DNA from: Candidatus Curtissbacteria bacterium RIFOXYA1_FULL_41_14
GTDB taxonomy: Bacteria; Patescibacteriota; Microgenomatia; Curtissbacterales; GWA2-41-24
DNA: 64,000 nt
Assembly (NCBI GenBank): GCA_001775095.1
Contig: MFCA01000025.1
Coordinates: forward strand, 22,994 to 86,993
Reading direction: 5' to 3'
Made by a program: the position numbers and the translations under genes. Of the stretch, positions 11,016 to 19,001 are shown in pieces; the stretch's first letter is position 1, and the number at the start of each line of letters is the position of its first letter. Under the pieces are notes generated by a model. It was not told the origin of the DNA and ran no database searches. It saw only the letters and a list, made by a program, of their open reading frames with translations.

Positions 11016-11037
11016 GAAGGGGCTAGCCCCTTCTTTT
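11016..11037. terminator. Perfect hairpin (gaaggggctagccccttc plus tttt) centred on the lgt stop codon; possible terminator
   Basis: A 7-bp GC-rich stem with a ctag loop followed by TTTT on the plus strand. Its orientation relative to lgt (minus strand) is ambiguous. Confidence 0.3.
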
Positions 11038-11781
11038 GCGGAGAAAATATAACCAAATTCCGATTAAGAACGCTAAAATGGCTACGACGTGGGCTACTTT
11101 GACTTCTCCAATCATCCAAGTATCAATTCGCCAGAATTCGACGGCAAATCTGCCGACTGCGTACAAAATCAGGTAAAGGCCGAAGACCTGTCCGGGCAGT
11201 TTGAGCTTTTTGGACAAAAATAGAAGGAGAATAAAAAATATACCATCCAAGATTGCTTCATAGAAAAAGGTTGGGTGAAAATGTGTGGAGCTTATATATT
11301 CGGCCGGTCGGTAAGCTTGATCAATAAAGATCCCCCATGGTTTATCGGTCGGAGGACCGAATCCTTCCTGGTTGATAAAATTCGCAAAACGGCCGACAGC
11401 TTGACCTAAAAGTATAGAAGGTGCCGCCAGATCAAGAATTGATAAGAAATTTACCTTTTTGACCCTTGCAATGATCCAAAAACCCAAAACCATCCCTGCC
11501 AAGGCACCTAAAATACCTAGACCCCCATTTCCGATTGCAAAAATTCTTATAAGATTATTTGAATAGTAATCCCAATAATCTACGACATGATAAACACGGG
11601 CTGTGGCAATTGCCAGGATCAGAGGAATAATTAGAATCGGATCATCGAAAAGTTTATGGGGGACTTTGTAAATGGCCGCCCTTTTTTTGGCCAAAAACCA
11701 GCCAAGAAAAATAGCAATTGCAATGACCAGGCCATAAATATGGATAGTCAACGGGCCGATTGAAATCTGTCTGAGAATCAT
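11023..11781 (-). CDS. lgt: Prolipoprotein diacylglyceryl transferase
   Basis: A 252-aa polytopic protein with the Lgt signature region (GNGGLGILGALAGMVLG..., Y...G...N...F). Confidence 0.85.
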   Translation of the reverse strand: MILRQISIGPLTIHIYGLVIAIAIFLGWFLAKKRAAIYKVPHKLFDDPILIIPLILAIATARVYHVVDYWDYYSNNLIRIFAIGNGGLGILGALAGMVLGFWIIARVKKVNFLSILDLAAPSILLGQAVGRFANFINQEGFGPPTDKPWGIFIDQAYRPAEYISSTHFHPTFFYEAILDGIFFILLLFLSKKLKLPGQVFGLYLILYAVGRFAVEFWRIDTWMIGEVKVAHVVAILAFLIGIWLYFLRKRRG

Positions 11782-12404
11782 TTAAGGCGCTTTTTGACAA
11801 AAACAGCCGAGATTAATGCAATAACTGCGCAAGTCACAATAATGTTTACTGCCAGTGAATTTGCGAATAAAATAAAGAATTGCTGGGGGAAAAGTTTTAC
11901 CAAATTATCGTGGGCAGGAAACAGCCACAACTCGTTTTTAAACAGTAATATGTGAAATTTGGTAAATATTGGTTCAAAGTCCCAAATCAGGCCAAAGGCG
12001 AGAAGACAAATTGCGAAAATAGTAACAATTGATGAGGTAAAAAATGAACTGGTTAGTCTTTTGTACTGTTTCTTAACAACAAATATTGTGGAAATAACTG
12101 CAGTTGCTACTGCGGATAAATAAAAAAGGCCGGATTCAAACTGCAGTAAGTTTTTAACATCAGCAAGGTGTAAGATGGCCTGTTTTGAGAAAAAAATGTG
12201 ATCGAGTTCATTTTTTCCTCTAAAATAGCCAAAAAGATTGTCAGTTGCCCAGTTGACAATTTCCCGATCAGCAAAAGTCTGGTAAACGCCAGTTTTTTGG
12301 TAAAGATTCTGGTAAAAGTTAAAATTTAATATGAGAAAGTGGAAATTTCCAAGTATAATTAGGAGCGGAATTAAAATAATTAAAAAATACCCGGCAATCC
12401 TCAT
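11778..12404 (-). CDS. Integral membrane protein, overlapping and co-oriented with lgt
   Basis: A 208-aa protein with several TM helices. Its stop overlaps the lgt start by 4 nt, which suggests translational coupling. Confidence 0.5.
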   Translation of the reverse strand: MRIAGYFLIILIPLLIILGNFHFLILNFNFYQNLYQKTGVYQTFADREIVNWATDNLFGYFRGKNELDHIFFSKQAILHLADVKNLLQFESGLFYLSAVATAVISTIFVVKKQYKRLTSSFFTSSIVTIFAICLLAFGLIWDFEPIFTKFHILLFKNELWLFPAHDNLVKLFPQQFFILFANSLAVNIIVTCAVIALISAVFVKKRLK

Positions 12405-12502
12405 TCCTATTTATTTTAACACTCCGGGGGGGCTTAATTAATTTAATTCGAGCCTTCTTAGTGAAATAGCATTGAGAACTACAATGATTGAGCTTGTGGA
12501 CA

Positions 12503-13012
12503 TCAATAGGACGACTTATTCCGTCTTATTAAATATGCAAGCGCTCCAATGATTAAAAAGGAGGAGATGATGATTGGAACCAAAACTGGTCCAACCCATG
12601 GTGTTGGAAGTAAAAAGAAAATATCAAGATCCCCAACGCTTTTTGGCCAACCAATTGTCAGCTTTAAAAAAACATAGTAGAAAATGTCCCAAATTCCGAA
12701 AGCTAAAAAGAAAAAAGCTATTTTGTCTGTCAATTTTCTGCCGACAATGGCAGCAATCGATGCTAGTATCACTAAAGTAGCTGCTTCTCTAAGACGCTCA
12801 ATGTTAAGAAGAGTCGTATCCTGAATTATTTTAACGGCAGTTTGGGGCTCCAAGAAAGCAATCCCGGGAGTTAAAAATAAAATTTCGCTTCGGTCAATAT
12901 GTGGAGGAGTAAAACCGATTCCCAGAAGATGACGGAGATAAACAACAACCGCAGCCTCGACAAAACCAAAGGCAACTGAAAAGATTAAGACTGCTAAAAT
13001 TGTTCTTGTCAT
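12503..13012 (-). CDS. Hypothetical membrane protein
   Basis: A 169-aa hydrophobic ORF at the distal end of the minus-strand copper/thiol cluster. Confidence 0.45.
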   Translation of the reverse strand: MTRTILAVLIFSVAFGFVEAAVVVYLRHLLGIGFTPPHIDRSEILFLTPGIAFLEPQTAVKIIQDTTLLNIERLREAATLVILASIAAIVGRKLTDKIAFFFLAFGIWDIFYYVFLKLTIGWPKSVGDLDIFFLLPTPWVGPVLVPIIISSFLIIGALAYLIRRNKSSY

Positions 13013-13031
13013 TGATAAAACTCATTTTAAC

Positions 13032-13514
13032 TCACTGCAATTCCCATTTGAAGCTTCTTTCGTTAACATCTCCCATCTTTTCAATTCTTAGTTCGATTGA
13101 TTTAGGTTTTGGGGAAAGACGTTTAAATTTCAAAATCCCACTGCGATGATGTCCTTGCGGCGGATCACCTTCCCAAGCGACTGGAGTAAATCTATTTTCT
13201 TTATCGTCGATCAAAATCGAGATCTCGGTAAGGTTTTGATCTAAATTACCAGAGTGAGTATCCAAAACTATCTCAAAATCCCAACTTGAGGAAGATTGTG
13301 AGAGATCTTTCGGTGTAACCTTAACAGTTACCTGGCCTTCAGAGTTAGTTTGTGTGGATAAAACTTCCTGCCTGCCGGCAGACAGGCCTTGATTCGAAGA
13401 AGGAATATCTTCCCTTAAGGTTGAATTATCAGAATGATGGGAGTAAAGAATGGCGATAATAATAATAATTACTATTACTCCAACAATTAAAAAAATTGCC
13501 TTTGGATTCTTCAT
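13032..13514 (-). CDS. Hypothetical membrane-anchored secreted protein (His-rich patches)
   Basis: A 160-aa protein with an N-terminal TM helix (IFLIVGVIVIIIIIAILY) followed by a soluble domain. It overlaps the upstream gene by 4 nt. Confidence 0.5.
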   Translation of the reverse strand: MKNPKAIFLIVGVIVIIIIIAILYSHHSDNSTLREDIPSSNQGLSAGRQEVLSTQTNSEGQVTVKVTPKDLSQSSSSWDFEIVLDTHSGNLDQNLTEISILIDDKENRFTPVAWEGDPPQGHHRSGILKFKRLSPKPKSIELRIEKMGDVNERSFKWELQ

Positions 13515-13960
13515 AATCCTTTATGGTATCGAAAAACTTTATTCGCCATATAGGTGATACCGACAAGATTTGCGGCTAAACCAATCCAAAATAATTGGAC
13601 CTGATATTGCGTAACAATAGTGATTAATCCAGTGATACCCAGAATTGGTAAGATGTTCGCCAGATAGTGCGCGCAGCAGGAAATCATCGCCGCGGTCGAA
13701 GTTGTACCGGAAGCTACTAGAACCTTAGTTGATTGATTTTTATCGCTAATTAAGTTTTTAAGATAGGTGTAAAGTCCCACTTGGATTCCAAATCCAAAAG
13801 CAAGAGCTAAAATAAAATACCAAAATCGCGAGAATTGGTCCTGTGCAAACTGCCAACCTGAAATAAAAGTTACAACCGCGAAATAAAATATCAGTAGTCC
13901 CGACGCAGCCAACAGTCCTTTTGGAATTGATCCTCGAAGAATTTTCCCCATACTCTTCAA
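13511..13960 (-). CDS. Membrane protein with a conserved CC motif (SCCAHYLANILP)
   Basis: A 149-aa protein with four predicted TM helices. It overlaps the upstream Sco-like gene by 4 nt. Confidence 0.5.
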   Translation of the reverse strand: MKSMGKILRGSIPKGLLAASGLLIFYFAVVTFISGWQFAQDQFSRFWYFILALAFGFGIQVGLYTYLKNLISDKNQSTKVLVASGTTSTAAMISCCAHYLANILPILGITGLITIVTQYQVQLFWIGLAANLVGITYMANKVFRYHKGL

Positions 13961-14550
13961 CTTATCTTCTTAAGTTCTGCTTTCAGTTGGTCATTTCTGG
14001 TAGCCATTTGTGGATCGTCAAGAACAAAGCGGACAATACCGTCTCTATCAAGAATCAGGTATGTGTGGCCGGGATACTGACCTTTGTGCATGGAAGAAGG
14101 CAGCGAGAGCACTCCGTAATCCCTTGAGATATTTTTTGATGTATCAAGTAGAACCGTAGCAGGAGCAAGCTCTGGCATTTTACTAACCGCTTTTTTCCAC
14201 TCGTTTTGAGTATCAACCATAATATTTAAAGTAACTGTATCCTCACTGTTAAATGCACTATCTTTACCAAAAGCGGCTATTTGATTCCAGCAGGAAGGAT
14301 AACACATTGCTCCTTCAGTAAAGAAAAGCACAACCTTTTTCCCTCGATAGTCTCTGAGACTAATTTGCTTACCATCATAGCTTGTGAGTGTAAAATCAGG
14401 TGCTTCTTTATCAACCCATGAATTAAATTTGCCCTCATCTTGTGTCGTACCGGATGAATGATCCATCGTCTCCTCTTTGCTTTTACCTACCAGCAGGAAA
14501 GAAGCACCGACAATAGCCGAAATAAAAAGGGCAATCGCTGTTACTATCAA
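13957..14550 (-). CDS. SCO1/SenC-family thioredoxin-fold copper chaperone (CxxxC plus His)
   Basis: N-terminal TM anchor, then 'KKVVLFFTEGAMCYPSCWNQ' (the CxxxC of Sco proteins), and downstream 'PGHTYLILDRDGIVRFV' (the conserved His followed by the LiD..G motif). Confidence 0.7.
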   Translation of the reverse strand: MIVTAIALFISAIVGASFLLVGKSKEETMDHSSGTTQDEGKFNSWVDKEAPDFTLTSYDGKQISLRDYRGKKVVLFFTEGAMCYPSCWNQIAAFGKDSAFNSEDTVTLNIMVDTQNEWKKAVSKMPELAPATVLLDTSKNISRDYGVLSLPSSMHKGQYPGHTYLILDRDGIVRFVLDDPQMATRNDQLKAELKKIS

Positions 14551-14564
14551 AACTGTTCGCTTAT

Positions 14565-15452
14565 TTATTTATCATCACCTTCCTTCCTGTTATTTTTGGC
14601 TAAATTTAAAAATTGCCTTACTGAAATTACCAGAATTATCAAAAATGCAATAAAGAAAATAATTGCCCAACCAACCTCCGGAATAATTTTTGTGTACCGA
14701 CCGATAAATTGTATCAGTCTAGTAAGATACACATTGATAGAAATCTGATAAGAAGCGTGGGCTGTTAAGTTATTGGTTAAGGCCAAATAGAAGATGAATA
14801 TTCCAAGTACCAAAAACATCAATCCTGAAAAAAGGTTGGATAGAGTCAGACGGATTCTTTTTCCAAAAAGGTTATAGCTGACTGTTTTTCTAAATGTAAA
14901 AAATTTCTGAGTAAATTTTCCTTTATCAAGAAACGCGCTTAAGATAAATAAAGGTATAACCATGCCTAGAACATAGGCCAAGGTGTATGCTCCGCCTAAA
15001 AGAAATGACCCAGGCATAGCAGCAAGTGCCAAGACTCCTGCCAACACTGGCGCGCAACAAGTCGTGGCAATTCCGGAAAATACGCCTAAGACAAAAACGG
15101 ATCCTAAGCCAGAATTCTTGAGTTGCGGATGGACTAAGACGGGGAATGAAAATTGGACTCCAGAAATTAAAGTTAGACCGAGAACAATCAAAAAAATTGA
15201 ACCCAAAGTAAAAATGACATTATGGTAGGTATTGAATAATTGACTAAGTGCTGATGCCCCAAATCCGATTGGCAAGAAAACTACTAAAAGACCAAGGAAA
15301 TAGATGAAGGTCATTAAAAATATAGTAGAGCGCTGTTTAAAGATCGAGGCAAAGTATGTGGGCAGAAGAACCGTCACGCAACAGGGAGCAAACAGGGCGG
15401 CAACACCGGCAAAAAAAGAAGCAATAAATGACGCGCTAATTAAGAGTTCCAT
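14565..15452 (-). CDS. ccdA: Cytochrome c-type biogenesis / thiol-disulfide transporter CcdA (DsbD transmembrane domain family)
   Basis: A 295-aa protein with the polytopic CcdA/DsbD-beta topology. Conserved Cys pairs sit in TM segments (APCCVTVLLP ... TTCCAPVLAG). Confidence 0.75.
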   Translation of the reverse strand: MELLISASFIASFFAGVAALFAPCCVTVLLPTYFASIFKQRSTIFLMTFIYFLGLLVVFLPIGFGASALSQLFNTYHNVIFTLGSIFLIVLGLTLISGVQFSFPVLVHPQLKNSGLGSVFVLGVFSGIATTCCAPVLAGVLALAAMPGSFLLGGAYTLAYVLGMVIPLFILSAFLDKGKFTQKFFTFRKTVSYNLFGKRIRLTLSNLFSGLMFLVLGIFIFYLALTNNLTAHASYQISINVYLTRLIQFIGRYTKIIPEVGWAIIFFIAFLIILVISVRQFLNLAKNNRKEGDDK

Positions 15453-15456
15453 AATT

Positions 15457-15636
15457 TTAATGATGTTTTTCTCTATGTCCTCTCATCATTAGGATATGAC
15501 TGAGGGGACATAGGAGGAAAAGTAAAACGATTAAACTATTATTTGTAAATCCGAATAGAAGAAAAAAGCCAAAGATTAAAATTGGAGCAATACAACCAAT
15601 AATCATCAAAAGCCTATGTTTAAAAAAGTTATTCAT
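15457..15636 (-). CDS. Small His-rich membrane protein (59 aa; absent from the ORF track because under 60 aa)
   Basis: [59 protein letters not shown]. Its ATG overlaps the TGA of the upstream YHS gene (ATGA). It resembles the small proteins found beside heavy-metal ATPases. Confidence 0.5.
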   Translation of the reverse strand: MNNFFKHRLLMIIGCIAPILIFGFFLLFGFTNNSLIVLLFLLCPLSHILMMRGHREKHH

Positions 15637-15809
15637 GATAAATACTTTTCAGGGTCTTGTTTGAATTCTTCCCTACAATTTTCAGAACAAAAATAATAGG
15701 TTTTGCCTTTATAACTGTAAGTTATTGCTTTTTCGTCTTTTTCAACTTTCATTAGACAAACGAGGTCGGTTACTTTATTTGATGACTTAGTAAGAAAATT
15801 TAACTTCAT
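15633..15809 (-). CDS. YHS/TRASH-domain metal-binding protein (58 aa; absent from the ORF track because under 60 aa)
   Basis: [58 protein letters not shown] carries the YHS signature (C.M.V ... YYFCS..C...F). Its ATG follows the copA stop directly. Confidence 0.7.
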   Translation of the reverse strand: MKLNFLTKSSNKVTDLVCLMKVEKDEKAITYSYKGKTYYFCSENCREEFKQDPEKYLS

Positions 15810-18059
15810 TTAAACTTCCACTAAATTTTTTTCCGCTCGGTTTAAAAGCACGGCATTTGTGGCGACAATAATTGAGGACAGACTCATCAAAAGTGCTGCC
15901 CATTCCGGGCGCAGTGAAATACCAAACTTAGGATAGAGAATTCCGGCTGCTATCGGAATGGCCAAGAGATTATAAATTGAAGCCCAGAATAAATTTTGTT
16001 TCATTTTGGTCACCGTGGCCTTTGATAGACGGATGGCGCGTAAAACATCTGCGGGGTCTGATTTCATCAAAACCACCTTGGCTGTTTCAATAGCAACATC
16101 GGTTCCTGCTCCAATGGCAATACCAATATCTGCCTGAGCTAAGGCCGGCGCGTCATTTACTCCATCGCCAACCATAGCTGTAAATTTCCCCTCATTCTGA
16201 AGCTTTTTTACGTACTTAGCTTTGTCTTCCGGCAAAACTTCGGCAAAAACCCGCTTAATACCAAGTTGCCTGCCTATCGCCTCTGCAGTTTTTTGGTTAT
16301 CACCGGTAATCATCGCTACTTCAAGACCCAATTGTTGCATGCGATCGATAGTCTTTTTGGCGGAAGGTTTAATTGGATCGGCAGCGCCTGCAACACCTGC
16401 AACCTGACCATCCACAGCAAGAACCATAATCGTTTTTCCTTCAGAAAGTAACCGATCAATATCTTTCTGTATAGGTACCAGGTCAACGTTTTGATCATTC
16501 ATGAGCTTAACTGTTCCAACTAGGACATACTTCCCTTCAACCTGCGCTTCAACACCGTGTCCTGCAATATTTTTAAATTTCTCGACTTTTGATGGAATTT
16601 TTATGTTCCTTATTTTCACCTCTTCCAGTATCGCCTGACTTAAGGGATGACTTGATTTAGCTTCAGCCGCAGCATCGAGTCTCAGAATTTCATTTTCCGT
16701 CAGTCCTTTAACGGTAACTATATCTGTAATCTTTGGCTTACCTTCCGTTAACGTTCCTGTTTTATCTAAAACTACAGCCTGGATCTTGGAAACCTGTTCC
16801 AAAGTTGGTGCATCCTTAATCAAGATATTGTGTTTGGCACCAAGACCTGTTCCTACCGCAACAGCGGTCGGAGTTGCCAAACCGAGTGCATCCGGACAAG
16901 CAATGACAGTTGTAGAAATAGCAAAAGTCAGGGCGATAAGAATCGGTACGCCCATCACAAAGTACCAGCCTCCAAAGGCAAGCAGGCCTCCACCGACTGC
17001 GACAATAACTAAATACTGAGCAAATTTGTCTGCTATTTTTTGGCCAGGAGCTTTGGAACTCTGGGCAGTCTCAACCATTTTGACGATTTGCGCCAGCGCT
17101 GTATCTTCACCGACTTTCGTTGCCGCAAATTTGACCGATCCTGATTGATTAATAGAACCGCCAATTACTTTGTCACCTTTTACCTTAGCGACTGGAATTG
17201 ATTCACCGGTGACTAATGATTCATCAATTGCCGTTTCTCCTTCTATAATTTCTCCGTCAACTGGGACTTTATCACCAGGCTTTAGAATAATAATGTCGTT
17301 TACTTTCACTTGAGCTGTAGGTATAAGAACTTCTTTCCCTTCCCGAATAATTCTTGTTTGCGGGGGAACTAAGTTAAAAAGGGCTTGTAGAGCATCAGTT
17401 GTTCCACGCCTTGATTTCATTTCCATCCAATGGCCAAAGAGCACAAAAGTGATAAGAAGAGTCGCTGCTTCGTAATATGAATCGCTTGAACCAAGAAATG
17501 TCAAGAGTACACTGAATGCATAGGCTGCGGTGATACCTACTGCTATCAAAACTGCCATATTAAGAGTTTTTGCCTGCAGTGCTTTATAAGTCGAATAAAG
17601 AAAGATCCAACCGGAGTAGAAAAATACCGGTGTAGTTAAAATGAATAGAATCCAAGCTGCCGGAACCGGTGTTGGTAATTGCAAGTTGAAAATCTTTTCA
17701 CCTAATGGAGAATAAGCAATAATTGGGATTGAGAGGATCAGAGCAAAGAAAAACTTATTGCGAATATCTTCTTCCATTAGTTTGGCCATTTCCCGGCCCG
17801 CCAAACCCCCGTGTTCCATACCCATGGCCATAAACATTCCCATCTTAAACTTTTCCCAAAACGACATTTCGGCAACGGGTTTCATTTTGTGTTCTGCCAT
17901 TTTGTGTCCTGCGTGATTTTCTGTTTGACTTTTTGACGGCTCTAAATTCATCCCACACTTTGGGCAATGGCCGGGTTTATCGGATTTTACTTCCGGATGC
18001 ATCGGGCAAGAATATGTATTTTTGGATGACATTCTAATTGACTGCTTATGGTCATTCAT
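15810..18059 (-). CDS. copA: Copper/heavy-metal translocating P1B-type ATPase
   Basis: A 749-aa protein with an N-terminal CPMHPEV...CPKCGM metal-binding motif, DKTGTLT and GDGVNDAPAL. The TM6 motif reads 'ACPDALGLATP', CPD rather than the usual CPC. Confidence 0.9.
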   Translation of the reverse strand: MNDHKQSIRMSSKNTYSCPMHPEVKSDKPGHCPKCGMNLEPSKSQTENHAGHKMAEHKMKPVAEMSFWEKFKMGMFMAMGMEHGGLAGREMAKLMEEDIRNKFFFALILSIPIIAYSPLGEKIFNLQLPTPVPAAWILFILTTPVFFYSGWIFLYSTYKALQAKTLNMAVLIAVGITAAYAFSVLLTFLGSSDSYYEAATLLITFVLFGHWMEMKSRRGTTDALQALFNLVPPQTRIIREGKEVLIPTAQVKVNDIIILKPGDKVPVDGEIIEGETAIDESLVTGESIPVAKVKGDKVIGGSINQSGSVKFAATKVGEDTALAQIVKMVETAQSSKAPGQKIADKFAQYLVIVAVGGGLLAFGGWYFVMGVPILIALTFAISTTVIACPDALGLATPTAVAVGTGLGAKHNILIKDAPTLEQVSKIQAVVLDKTGTLTEGKPKITDIVTVKGLTENEILRLDAAAEAKSSHPLSQAILEEVKIRNIKIPSKVEKFKNIAGHGVEAQVEGKYVLVGTVKLMNDQNVDLVPIQKDIDRLLSEGKTIMVLAVDGQVAGVAGAADPIKPSAKKTIDRMQQLGLEVAMITGDNQKTAEAIGRQLGIKRVFAEVLPEDKAKYVKKLQNEGKFTAMVGDGVNDAPALAQADIGIAIGAGTDVAIETAKVVLMKSDPADVLRAIRLSKATVTKMKQNLFWASIYNLLAIPIAAGILYPKFGISLRPEWAALLMSLSSIIVATNAVLLNRAEKNLVEV

Positions 18060-18072
18060 AATTACTGTTCAG

Positions 18073-18339
18073 TCACTTTTTGGAAAATTTGTTATAAAGC
18101 CAGGCAAATGCATAACCGGCTACCCAGCCAGCTGCAACAGCCGTTACAAATCCGAAAATCAGACCACCAGTATTTGGAGAAATGTATGGCAAGGTTTCCA
18201 GATCGATACCATGGATCCAGTTTCCAGAAAAGGCCATAAAACTATCTCTGGCAATTACAACCCAAGCTGCGCAGATAACATATATTGCGGCAATGATAAC
18301 TGCAAAAGCATTAGCGAGTGCCTGTTCTTTCATATTCAT
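18073..18339 (-). CDS. Small membrane protein (2 TM)
   Basis: An 88-aa hydrophobic ORF between csoR and copA on the same strand. Confidence 0.45.
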   Translation of the reverse strand: MNMKEQALANAFAVIIAAIYVICAAWVVIARDSFMAFSGNWIHGIDLETLPYISPNTGGLIFGFVTAVAAGWVAGYAFAWLYNKFSKK

Positions 18340-18350
18340 TAAGTCTTTTT

Positions 18351-18569
18351 TTAGCGACCTTTATCGCCTTTCTTCCAGAGCCAACGGATTAAAGCGATTA
18401 AGACAACGATAACCAATATCCAAGTTGCTAACCACAAAATCCCAAAAAACCAAAAAGCACCGGTATTACCTCCCATCCAGCCCATCATCGGGTGATGACC
18501 CCAAAAATAACCATTATCATAACCTTGCGGCGGGGGACTTGCACCATAACGCATCATGTCACCAAACAT
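18351..18569 (-). CDS. Small Gly/Trp/Met-rich membrane protein
   Basis: A 72-aa protein with an N-terminal G/M/W-rich segment (HHPMMGWMGGNTGAFWFFG), one TM helix and a basic C-terminus (IRWLWKKGDKGR). Confidence 0.45.
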   Translation of the reverse strand: MFGDMMRYGASPPPQGYDNGYFWGHHPMMGWMGGNTGAFWFFGILWLATWILVIVVLIALIRWLWKKGDKGR

Positions 18570-18574
18570 TCATC

Positions 18575-18841
18575 TCACCTCCTAGCCTTTCCGAACACAT
18601 CTACGATTTCCTGGATTGACTCTTGTTGATCCTTACCGTGCATGGCATGGGTAACATGTTCTTCTAAATGGCCTTTTAGAATAATATTGTCGATGGCACG
18701 AAGGGCTGCTTGAACCGCCAGTGATTGTTGCAGGATATCAATGCAATATTTTTCTTCTTCAACCTGCTTAATGACGTGATCTAAATGACCTTGCGCCGAC
18801 TTTAATCTTTTTAGAGCATTTTCCTTTACATACTTTTGCAT
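18575..18841 (-). CDS. csoR: CsoR/RcnR/FrmR-family metal-sensing transcriptional repressor
   Basis: An 88-aa protein alignable by eye to B. subtilis CsoR: RLKSAQGHLDHVIKQVEEEKYCIDILQQSLAVQAAL ... GHLEEHVTHAMHG. The conserved Cys (YC) and His are present. The second ligand position appears to be His rather than Cys. Confidence 0.8.
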   Translation of the reverse strand: MQKYVKENALKRLKSAQGHLDHVIKQVEEEKYCIDILQQSLAVQAALRAIDNIILKGHLEEHVTHAMHGKDQQESIQEIVDVFGKARR

Positions 18842-18851
18842 TTCTATATCC

Positions 18852-18876
18852 TACCCTATTGGGGAGGGTATGTCAA
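18852..18876 (-). promoter_or_regulatory. CsoR-type operator TACCCT-N7-AGGGTA in the spacer of a TTGACA / TAGGAT promoter for the csoR-copA operon
   Basis: The palindrome 'taccctattggggagggta' lies 11 nt upstream of the csoR ATG. On the minus strand it reads TTGACA-taccctccccaatagggTAGGAT-atagaa-ATG. It closely resembles the B. subtilis copZA operator (TACCC...GGGTA). Confidence 0.7.
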
Positions 18877-18890
18877 CCCGTCTCTTTTCT

Positions 18891-18981
18891 GTCATTCCGG
18901 ACCTGATCCGGAATCTATACTTATCTGGATTCCCGCCCTTCGGTCTTGAACTCAGGGTCGAAAGACTTTCGCGGGAATGAC
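18891..18981. repeat. Copy of the palindromic structured element (gtcattccgg ... ggaatgac) in the csoR-pduO intergenic region
   Basis: Has terminal inverted repeats, an inner hairpin ttccgg-acctgat-ccggaa, and the module 'cccttcggtcttgaactcagggtcgaaag' shared with the 43683 copy. Confidence 0.65.
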
Positions 18982-19001
18982 ATCTAATATATAATTCTGA
19001 C

